Source of the DNA: Candidatus Bathyarchaeota archaeon
GTDB taxonomy: Archaea; Thermoproteota; Bathyarchaeia; 40CM-2-53-6
Length of the DNA stretch: 64,000 nucleotides
NCBI GenBank assembly: GCA_963780265.1
Contig: CAWABQ010000010.1
Coordinates: 32,288 to 96,287 of the forward strand
Direction: 5' to 3'
The translations under genes were made by a program, and so were the position numbers. Below are positions 1 to 7,787 of the stretch, piece after piece (positions within the stretch are counted from its first letter, which is position 1; every line of letters starts with the position of its first letter). The notes beneath the pieces are model-generated. The model did no database searches. It was given only the letters and a program-made list of their open reading frames with translations, and was not told where the DNA came from.

Positions 1-47
1 TCGAAGACGAATATATGAAAAGAAAGGGGCCGTGCCTTACACCTGTA

Positions 48-548
48 CTAGAAGTGAGTGAGAAGCAGCGGGATTCCTGAACATGCGTAGTAGTTTTGGT
101 TGTACGGAATTGTGCCCTGGACGGAAACGTATCCGGTCGGATAGTTCGTGACCATGTTGCCATACTGGTCGTAGAGGGCGTATGTGAACCCGGTGTTCGT
201 GTTCGTCAAGTAAATGCAGCCGCCAGCCACTTGGCTTGGAGCTAGGTAGCCGTAGATCTGCTGAGTTTGGCCCTGGCCGTAGCATTGGTACTGGTTCGGA
301 TACTGACACTGATAGTTAGGATTCCCAAAGTTGTAATTAGGGTAGAGATTCTGCGTTGAGACAGATGTGCTCACAACCGTCTTAGTCTCAGTAGAGAAAG
401 ATGTTTCCGTCTGCGTCTGCGACACCGTACCAGTAGTCGAAGACGTCACAGTCGAAATTTGAGGATGCCCAACGAAATACACTGTAGTCCCTGAAATACC
501 TGCAAACGCAGCGACAACAGCCACAATGATCACGACAACTGGAAACAA
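48..548 (-). CDS. Membrane-anchored Ser/Thr-rich surface protein of the putative integrated element
   Basis: N-terminal hydrophobic helix, S/T-rich linker, and Cys-containing beta-rich C-terminus (GGCIYLTNTNTGFTYALY...GYVSVQG). T-rich run on the minus strand just downstream (17-30). True start may be near 585 with an indel. Confidence 0.6.
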   Translation of the reverse strand: MFPVVVIIVAVVAAFAGISGTTVYFVGHPQISTVTSSTTGTVSQTQTETSFSTETKTVVSTSVSTQNLYPNYNFGNPNYQCQYPNQYQCYGQGQTQQIYGYLAPSQVAGGCIYLTNTNTGFTYALYDQYGNMVTNYPTGYVSVQGTIPYNQNYYACSGIPLLLTHF

Positions 549-593
549 CCAGTGAGGGTAAACTGTGCGCAGGTTGAGATTCCATTCTTCAAT

Positions 594-1537
594 TCACCCC
601 CTCGTCTTCTTGGCTTTGAATTCTCGAAGCCAACTCGAAAACCGAACGCCCACGTAACCTATGGAGAGGAAGGCGCCTAGAACAACAATCACAAGAAGAT
701 TGATGCTCGGGTAACGAATTGCTAAGTAGACCGCAAGCCAGGGGAATAAGACCATGCCGAGGAGGAGCAGTTTCTCTTTCAGCGGGATTTGCGGGACTTG
801 GCCTACATTTTGCCTTTTCCCGTTACTCGGTTGATTGTCGACTTCGGCTTCTATTTCACGTACTTTCGTTGCGAAGCTAAGTCGAGGAACTTTTGTCGCG
901 CCAACAAAGGTATTCTCCGTGTGACTAGCACCCAGCCTTTCTCACGCTTCGCTTTGGCGACCTTGAGGAGCTCAAGCTCAGAGTCCCCTATCCCGTACTC
1001 GTTTCTGTAGAAATCTCTGTCCCACTTCGCAAGGGGAGCAGACATTAACAAAACTCCCGCATAATTCGTCCTAGTATCCAGAGGAGTCCCCTGGATCCTA
1101 TGAGTTGAGAAAACGATTCCACAGACTCCTTCCCGTAAACCCGTTCTTTCCTTCATAATGTGTCGAATTCTGAAGAAGTCTGCAAGAACCGAGTCAGGGA
1201 TTACAACCTTGGTTGCGTCCTCAATAATGAGGATTTGACAGAATTTCTTTTCCCACTTTGCCTGAAGCATTAACGCGAAGTCATGGGCATTCGCCCTCAT
1301 CACAGCGACGTTCCGTCGACCATAATGTTTCACCGCCTCGTTGACGACAAGCTTAGCCGTATTGCTCTTGCCGCTGGACATGTCACCGTTCACATAGAGT
1401 ATGAATTGTTCGATCGCATTATCATCAAGATCATCTGAAGCTTGGAAGAGTTCAGCTGGGAATAATTGGTTGAAATATTTCTCTAAGTCGACTTCTGGAA
1501 CACGGGGCAGAGCCATACATTCCTCCAAGATGCTCAA
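594..1537 (-). CDS. FtsK/HerA/A32-like P-loop ATPase, probably with two C-terminal TM helices (apparent indels near 920 and 718)
   Basis: Walker A GDMSSGKS, Walker B ILIIED, then RH and IVFSTHR..TP..TRTN. An alternate frame continues TENTFVGATKVPRL...LKEKLLLLGMVLFPWLAVYLA, then IRYPSINLLVIVVLGAFLSIGY to a stop at 594. Confidence 0.65.
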
Positions 1538-1899
1538 CCTTTCTTAAACCCAAGAGCGAACATGAGGGCTGCCGGGCCGCTGAAAGCTGTGATGCTGGCT
1601 AAGATGGGACTCAGAGATCCTAGACTGCTAATGGCCGAAGTCAACAGCGTTTGACCTGAGGCTGAGATTGCGTCCCAATGAATTGTTACCGTGATCCATC
1701 CCTGCCCTTCAGCCCAAGCCGTCGCCGCGATGATGAGCCCGATGAAGAATGCAGTAACGTACATGACTATTTTCGCAACTTTCTTCACAAGCCAGCCGCT
1801 CACAAAACCGACACCGCCCCCGCTAACAATTTGCGGCAGCAACGAAGATAATGATGAAATGTCAAAGGCCATTTTGGAGTTCACCCTCAAATCAGACAA
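1534..1899 (-). CDS. FUN14-family membrane protein
   Basis: GGGVGFVSGWLVKKVAK motif, G-W-I-T-V-T-I-H-W segment, C-terminal FALGFKKG. Confidence 0.75.
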   Translation of the reverse strand: MSDLRVNSKMAFDISSLSSLLPQIVSGGGVGFVSGWLVKKVAKIVMYVTAFFIGLIIAATAWAEGQGWITVTIHWDAISASGQTLLTSAISSLGSLSPILASITAFSGPAALMFALGFKKG

Positions 1900-1910
1900 T
1901 CTGCGACATG

Positions 1911-2120
1911 CTAGCGTTTGGGATATGGTGTCCCATGTTTGCGGGCGTGTCCTGTCTCGAAATTCATGAGGTCAAGTTGGTTGTTTCCGCTCGCGGTCAC
2001 TAGGTCTCGTATGAGGGCCGCTAGGAGTGACTCGATGCGTTTGGGGTTCTTGCGGTTCCTCTCGGCCAAGCAGAGGACCATACCTACGCCTTCGATCATG
2101 CCTTCAAGGCGATCATTCAT
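1911..2120 (-). CDS. Small hypothetical protein
   Basis: ATG preceded by a GAGGTGA RBS; tightly packed in the minus-strand gene run. Confidence 0.55.
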   Translation of the reverse strand: MNDRLEGMIEGVGMVLCLAERNRKNPKRIESLLAALIRDLVTASGNNQLDLMNFETGHARKHGTPYPKR

Positions 2121-2193
2121 TCATTTTCACCTCTCCTTCTCAGCCTTGTCCATGGCTTTGTACATCTCATTCAACCATCCATCTTCACTACTT

Positions 2194-2553
2194 CTACTCG
2201 GCAGCTGAGGCTTGAGCGATTATGCGAGACTGGATCGCCGTCTTCCTGGCCAGGAGCGCTTCAGCGTTCCGCGCGATCATCAGCCGAATCCCTTCACGGA
2301 TAGGATCCCCTAGATCCCTGTAGTTACAGAGGTCCACGATTTCGCCGAGTTGGCTCCATGCGTTGCTGGAAACGATCAGGTCCTTGACGATTAGGTTCTT
2401 CAGGTCCCACTCTTCAGCTGTGGGCGTCGGAGGTTTGTCGCCAGGCTTCTTGATCAGGGTTTGAATGTACTGTTCTACGGTGAGGTCCTTGTACTTCGCC
2501 GTCTTCTCAAGCAGATTATAAGTCTCATTGGTCATCAGAATTTTCTTGCTCAT
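2194..2553 (-). CDS. Hypothetical protein with a possible ribbon-helix-helix N-terminus
   Basis: GGAGGTGA RBS before MSKKILMTNETYNLLEKTAKYKDLTVEQYI, which has a strand-helix-helix pattern. Confidence 0.6.
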   Translation of the reverse strand: MSKKILMTNETYNLLEKTAKYKDLTVEQYIQTLIKKPGDKPPTPTAEEWDLKNLIVKDLIVSSNAWSQLGEIVDLCNYRDLGDPIREGIRLMIARNAEALLARKTAIQSRIIAQASAAE

Positions 2554-2681
2554 GCATCCGTCACCTCCTCGGTTGCGGTCAAGGGTTTCATTGGGTTGTG
2601 GAACAGTGAGACGTGACACACGTTCACCTGTACCCTGAGAAGGTCTTCTTCACTTGTTTTGGCTAAGTCGAATCGTGCCAT
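2550..2681 (-). CDS. 43-aa leader ORF of the leftward gene run
   Basis: MARFDLAKTSEED...EEVTDA*; its stop overlaps the next ATG (ATGA). Below the ORF-track length cut-off. Confidence 0.4.
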   Translation of the reverse strand: MARFDLAKTSEEDLLRVQVNVCHVSLFHNPMKPLTATEEVTDA

Positions 2682-2694
2682 GGGTTCTTTCGCC

Positions 2695-2748
2695 GCTTCT
2701 ATAACAGAAGCACAAGCAATATATTAACGTTGCTTCTATAACTGAAGC
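2695..2748. promoter_or_regulatory. Divergent promoter with two 17-bp palindromic operator-like repeats
   Basis: GCTTCTATAACAGAAGC (2695-2711) and GCTTCTATAACTGAAGC (2732-2748) flank an AT-rich TATA-like AATATATTAA. Confidence 0.7.
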
Positions 2749-2758
2749 GGAAAGGAAC

Positions 2759-2959
2759 ATGTTCACTAGGATCCTAACCACGAAGGAACGCCGGCGAATC
2801 CAAGCCTACATCGACGCTGACGGCGAGAGAACATCAGCGATCCGAACGATAGTCACAAGGGCGAACCAGGTGCTACCGTCGATCGAGAAGGACCTGCAGC
2901 TCCTCAAAGAGCTCTTGGAACATTACGAGGCTGCGAAGGCCAAGAAGGGGCGAGGTTGA
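2759..2959 (+). CDS. Small basic helical protein, putative repressor or DNA-binding protein
   Basis: 66 aa and basic; starts 10 nt after the second operator repeat, divergent from the leftward run. Confidence 0.6.
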   Translation: MFTRILTTKERRRIQAYIDADGERTSAIRTIVTRANQVLPSIEKDLQLLKELLEHYEAAKAKKGRG

Positions 2960-3098
2960 TCGGGGCAGTTTCAAACTCTTAGATGTAAAAGAGGGGGGGC
3001 TGAGGATCCCGACGCAACAAGTATTACATGCGCAGTGGAAAAGGTGGCATGTGGATATCAAGCATGCGAAGCTAGGTTCAACATCCAAGGCTTGAACT

Positions 3099-3410
3099 GT
3101 GGCGTCCCTCTTGAAGTTCTACCATTACACGAAGGAAAGAAGACTTCGCTCCATTCAGAAATACGGACTACTCCCCGGAAAATCTGACAAAGCATTCGTG
3201 TATCTTTGGGACTCGTACGAGTTGGCGCTTGACAATTGCATCATCTTGACAAGGGACAGGAGAAAGCCTGCGAAGGTTGCGATTCTTCAGGTAAATATTC
3301 CTAAGTCTTGGACAGAAGCCGACGATGGTTACTGTGTGGGAGAAACAGGCCACGGGCATTCGTTCCGGCTTAGAAGACGAGTAAGCCCTCGGCGATTGAA
3401 GCTCCTTTAG
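3099..3410 (+). CDS. ADP-ribosyltransferase-fold protein (Tpt1/KptA C-terminal-like)
   Basis: FYHYT....LRSIQKYGLLP, VYLW, AILQV and terminal VSPRRL match the H-x-T / GL-x-P ART pattern. Confidence 0.6.
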   Translation: MASLLKFYHYTKERRLRSIQKYGLLPGKSDKAFVYLWDSYELALDNCIILTRDRRKPAKVAILQVNIPKSWTEADDGYCVGETGHGHSFRLRRRVSPRRLKLL

Positions 3411-3833
3411 GTAGACTGACCTTGGAGCCTGCTTCAATTACGCTGAGCAGCCTGATGCGCAAAGCATGGGGCTACTTCAGGGGGATCAGAAAGCAATCAC
3501 CGAGACCGAGAGAGGCCTCATTGCCCTTGGCTGCGTCCACTCTGTCCAGTCTGTCCACGGTTCTAGATACCTAAGCTACAACTGCCAAAGGAGATCTTCT
3601 TAGCTTTCGAAACCCGCGGTGATTGAAGCTACACGGTAGGGTTTGCGTGTCACCATTTAACGGGGGATGTCAACAGAGTGAGAGAACTAGGTAGCGAGAC
3701 ACTAGGAGCATTGCTTTGTCTCTAGGTGAGAGCCCTTCCAGCATCACTAGGAATTATTTCTAGTCAATCTTTTCTAGCTAGAGAGCGTAAGGGCCTCTAT
3801 CCCTTGGGCTACAGTAGCCAACTGGTGAAATTC

Positions 3834-4397
3834 ATGCGTAATGGGGCAACAAAAGGCTTAGTAATCACCGTGAGCGGCCCCCATGGAACAGGCAAGTCGA
3901 CTTACGCAAAAGCCCTCGCGGAAGCTTTGGGGTTGCGGTATGTCTCCGCAGGAGAATTGTTCAGGGACCTAGCGAAGGAAAGAAACCTATCCCTGGAGGC
4001 TTTCAGTAACCTTGCCGCCGAGGACCCTACGATAGACAAGATGATTGATGAGAGGACCAAGGCCGAAGCTAGGAGGGGGGGCATCGTAATCGACGCGCAG
4101 CTTGGAGCTTGGATGGTTAAGGACATTGCAGACGTAAAATTACTCATGGTCGCACCCGATGAAGTCCGTTTCAAGCGAATAGCCGATAGAGATGGCGCAT
4201 CGCTCGCTTCCGCGAAGAAGGAAACAATAGCCCGCGAAGACATACAGAAACAGCGTTACAAGAAATATTACGGAATCGAGGTGGATGAGCCAGGCATCTA
4301 TGATCTTAAGATAGACACCAGCCTGTACTCGGTCGAACAAACCAAGTCCCTTGTTATTGCAGAAGTGCGAAAACTTCTCGCCAAGAAAGAAACTTGA
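3834..4397 (+). CDS. cmk: Cytidylate kinase, archaeal type
   Basis: ITVSGPHGTGKST, YVSAGELFR, RYKKYYGI; sits upstream of rpl14e. Confidence 0.92.
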   Translation: MRNGATKGLVITVSGPHGTGKSTYAKALAEALGLRYVSAGELFRDLAKERNLSLEAFSNLAAEDPTIDKMIDERTKAEARRGGIVIDAQLGAWMVKDIADVKLLMVAPDEVRFKRIADRDGASLASAKKETIAREDIQKQRYKKYYGIEVDEPGIYDLKIDTSLYSVEQTKSLVIAEVRKLLAKKET

Positions 4398-4470
4398 ACA
4401 ACCTTGCGCTGATGGGCACCCTTATTTATTGCCGCGAATCTACTGCGGTGAACAACCCGCGTGAAGCATT

Positions 4471-4767
4471 ATGCCAAGCATGGAAGTTGGCCGAATCTGC
4501 GTTAAACTCTTGGGCCGTGAAACCGGCAGGAAATGTGTGGTCGTTGACGTCGTCGACAAGAACTTCGTTTTGGTCACAGGCCCAAAGTCGGTTACGGGTG
4601 TCAGGCGTAGGCGGACTAATGTTGACCATTTGGAGCCCACAGCTGAAAGCGTTGAGGTGAAGAAAGGTGCTCCGGACGATGAGGTCGAGAAGGCCTTGAC
4701 CAAGGATAAGAAGACGAAATTCATGAAAGAAGAGCTCCTGCCGACAATGAAGCCGGTAGCAAGTTGA
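4471..4767 (+). CDS. rpl14e: 50S ribosomal protein L14e
   Basis: EVGRICVKLLGRETGRKCVVVDVVDKNFVLVTGPK. Confidence 0.96.
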   Translation: MPSMEVGRICVKLLGRETGRKCVVVDVVDKNFVLVTGPKSVTGVRRRRTNVDHLEPTAESVEVKKGAPDDEVEKALTKDKKTKFMKEELLPTMKPVAS

Positions 4768-4904
4768 CCTTCTAAACTTCCAGTTCAAATCGCACTCTGC
4801 CGTACGCCGAACTTGGCGGACGACAGATGTTCTTGGTTTCTGATCGTCGTGTTACTCTACTTAATAGCATCAAAGGCGTAAGAAATCGCGAAGAGGTGAA
4901 CCGT

Positions 4905-5913
4905 TTGCAGAATCTCATGCCCTGGCAGGTCACTAGAGAACTGGTCGCGAAAGCCGACGATGTGACCGACCCGCGTTATGGCTTCACGCCGGAAGAAAGA
5001 CCAATGCCACTACGAATCAAGTACGGCATCATCAACGTCGATAAGCCTGCTGGGCCGTCGAGCCATGAAATAGTTGCTTGGATCAAGCGCATGATGAAAT
5101 TGTCCCACGCCGGCCACGGTGGAACCCTAGAGACATAACTGTCGGGGTAATCCCAAAGTAACCGGCGTTTTGCCCGTAGGCCTACAAGATGCCACGAAGG
5201 TCATTCAGGGCTTTCTCTACTCGGGCAAGGAATACGTTTGCATAATGCAAATTCACGCCGACATCCCCGAAGCAACTGTTCGCGACGTCCTAAGCCAATT
5301 CGTGGGCGAGATTTACCAGAAACCACCGCTTAGAGCGTCCGTGAAAAGGGAGACGAGGAAACGTTTCATCTACCAACTCAACGTGCACGAAGTAGACGGG
5401 CGGACAGCCCTCTTCACATGCTCATGCCAAGCCGGCACCTACATCCGTAAGCTTTGCTCTGACATCGGTGAAGTGCTCGGTTGTGGTGCCCACATGCGGG
5501 AGCTGAGGAGGACGCGTGCGGGCCCATTAAGCGAGAATGATGGGATTGTGACCTTGCATGAATTGAGTGCGGCGCAATCCGATTTCGAGGCCGATAACGA
5601 AGCGCCCCTGCGGAACATAATCAAGCCCATGGAAGTGGCGCTCTCTGCCCTTCCGCATATTGTAATTCGTGATTCGGCGGTTGACGCGGTTTGCCACGGA
5701 GCCGAATTAGCTTTACCGGGCATAGTGAAATTGGATTCCTTGATTGAGCGTAACAAGTTTGTTGCGGTGTTTACGTTGAAAGGGGAAGGGGTCGCATTAG
5801 GGCGCGCCTTGATGGCGTCTAGGGAGATGCTTGACCAGGAGAAGGGGGTGGCTGTGAAGACTGAACGGGTTCTCATGGAGCGAGGGACGTACCCGGCCCT
5901 CTGGAAGCACTGA
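4905..5913 (+). CDS. cbf5: H/ACA RNA-guided pseudouridine synthase Cbf5, intron-containing (exons 4905-5130 and 5150-5913)
   Basis: DKPAGPSSHE, GHGGTL|D|PKVTGVLP after intron removal, GTYIRKLC, PUA domain; GAGGTGA RBS before TTG at 4905. Confidence 0.95.
5131..5149 (+). other. 19-nt bulge-helix-bulge (BHB) mRNA intron in cbf5
   Basis: Central helix CCCU(5125-28)/GGGG(5144-47), bulges AGA(5129-31) and UAA(5148-50), inner stem GACA/UGUC. Cutting after the second nt of each bulge joins G5130 to AT and gives GAT (Asp) in frame. Confidence 0.9.
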
Positions 5914-6192
5914 TTTCGCGGGTGCTTCGAGAGCCGGATGTCCATCCTATGTTATACATTGGGGCCTCCGGCACGGACGCAGGCTTGAATGTGCGTTTCA
6001 TTATGTGGTGTAGTTTTCTGGGTACAACATGTTACTCGTCCCGAAGGCCAGTGGAGAAATGACTGTGTATAACATATGCTAGGCATCCTTTCGTTCCATC
6101 CGCTATGCGTTGGTTGATTGTACACTGTTTCGCCTTTGCTTGAGAAGCCCGAACAGGCTTAAATTGGGCTAGGAATTGTGAAACCATTTGGA

Positions 6193-6310
6193 GCCGGGGT
6201 TCCCGAGCCTGGTACGGGGCAGATTCACCTAGCCTAAGCCTGGAATCAACGGAACCGCAAGCCTGTGGTCCTTACGGGCCTCGAGGGTTCAAATCCCTCT
6301 CCCGGCGCCA
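6193..6310 (+). tRNA. tRNA-Ser(GGA) with two predicted introns (6223-6237 at position 29/30; 6246-6259 at 37/38); CCA encoded
   Basis: Acceptor GCCGGGG/TCCCGGC, G73, CCA, T-arm GAGGG-TTCAAAT-CCCTC, long variable arm GGTCC/GGGCC. The anticodon stem CAGGC/GCCTG with loop CT-GGA-AA forms only after both segments are removed. Confidence 0.85.
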
Positions 6311-6355
6311 TTCAAAATGTTTCTTTCGGAATGCGCGCATTTTCGTGTCGTTCTA

Positions 6356-6481
6356 ATGGAAGAGGGACAAAACCGAGTAGCAACTTACCGTGATAATCAC
6401 AAGCGACTGTCTGAGATCGAAGGAAAATATGATCCAACGAACCTATTCCGCGTAAACCAAAACATAACGCCTGCTCAGTGA
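6356..6481 (+). pseudogene. C-terminal remnant of an FAD-linked oxidase (BBE domain)
   Basis: MEEGQNRVATYRDNHKRLSEIEGKYDPTNLFRVNQNITP matches the BBE tail (KYDPxNLF..NQNI). No upstream FAD domain is present. Confidence 0.75.
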
Positions 6482-6484
6482 GTG

Positions 6485-7210
6485 TCACTCTTCCAAAGTG
6501 GCTTCGAAGTTCTCGCCGACCTTAAGCGGGTGCGATCTAGAGTCGAAGCTCACATTTCTCATGCTTCTAATCCGAATCACGCTCCTCGCCTCCTCCGTAG
6601 TCTCATCCAATTTGAAATCGATCACCCCGTCACAAGCCGCTTCAAGGTTCTTGTAGGTCGAATCGCTATGAATGCCTTTGATAATCCCCATTATCCCTGT
6701 GGATCTCCAGAGAGATGCTATGGGAATCATTCTGGTTCTGACAAATTCAACCCAGCTCTTTTCTTCGTTGAATCTCGCAAGACACGAGGCATCATCCAAT
6801 ATTCGCAACCAGTCAGGTGAGGGTTGGGGACGTTGCGCTGCAATTCCATCCTGAGTGCTCATCAAGTATTTTGCGAACAGTACGCTCAAATCAGCGGCCC
6901 TCAAGGAATAGAAGGCGAACTTTTCGTTTGATTTTCGGCCAAGGGTGGCTGTGTACCAGTCAAACACTCTAAATTTATCGTTTGCCTCGAGCTGTCCAAC
7001 ATCAAGCCCAAGTTGTGCAAGCTGTGTACGGATGTTCTCAGGTGGTTGTGTAGCAACATGATAACTAACAACTCCTCCACCCCTCAACCATTCCGCAGTG
7101 ATGCTGAGAGAGGCTTGGTACCATGATGACGTCGGGTCGTACTCGACTAGGAGCGATGACCCAGACGGTAGTGGCGCCTTGAGCAAGTTTTCGATGAGGG
7201 CAACACGCAT
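6485..7210 (-). CDS. RAD55/KaiC-family RecA-fold protein with a degenerate Walker A
   Basis: LPSGSSLLVEYDP, DGVIDFKL and IRIRSMRNV are KaiC/RAD55-like; no GK[ST]. Confidence 0.75.
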   Translation of the reverse strand: MRVALIENLLKAPLPSGSSLLVEYDPTSSWYQASLSITAEWLRGGGVVSYHVATQPPENIRTQLAQLGLDVGQLEANDKFRVFDWYTATLGRKSNEKFAFYSLRAADLSVLFAKYLMSTQDGIAAQRPQPSPDWLRILDDASCLARFNEEKSWVEFVRTRMIPIASLWRSTGIMGIIKGIHSDSTYKNLEAACDGVIDFKLDETTEEARSVIRIRSMRNVSFDSRSHPLKVGENFEATLEE

Positions 7211-7322
7211 TAATTCAAGACCTCAAAACTCTACGGCGATGCAAGCACGACTTGTTGACGTGAGGGTTACACCAAAACATAAATTTGTCGTATCATATAG
7301 AGCAGGGCCAGGGTCAGAAAGA

Positions 7323-7574
7323 ATGCCGCTCTATATGGACATACATTACAAGATTCACGGGTTGACGGCTGAAGCGATCATGGCTGCTCATGCAAAAGAT
7401 CTTCAAGTTCAGGACAAATACGGAGTGAAATATCTGAAATACTGGTTCGACGAGTCAACGGGAAAAGCGTTCTGCATGATAGACGCCCCAAGCAAGGAAG
7501 CCGCCACGGCAGTACACAAAGAGGCCCACGGCCTAGTCGCGGACGAGATTGTTGAGGTTAAGGAAGGTTCCTAA
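7323..7574 (+). CDS. DUF4242 family protein
   Basis: MPLYMDIH, AH.KDL..Q.KYGV, FC..DAPSKEA...VH.EAHGL. Confidence 0.85.
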   Translation: MPLYMDIHYKIHGLTAEAIMAAHAKDLQVQDKYGVKYLKYWFDESTGKAFCMIDAPSKEAATAVHKEAHGLVADEIVEVKEGS

Positions 7575-7787
7575 TTTCTGCGGGTCAACCGTTCTTTATC
7601 CTCTTTTCAGGGAACGATTCATGGCCAATACTCTGTAACTGAGCCAAGTATTTGTCAGTTCGTGAATCCTACAGGGAAAGCAAGAGATGGCATTCCACCG
7701 CTCGCCCGATTGGACACCGCACATGAATGATGTGTGTGCTCGAAATATCTTCCATATGTCTCCATCACCGAGTGCGGCGCGACGTGT

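Noticed and set aside
4796..4826. Imperfect hairpin between rpl14e and cbf5
   Set aside because: A single short stem with mismatches and no recognisable RNA family signature.
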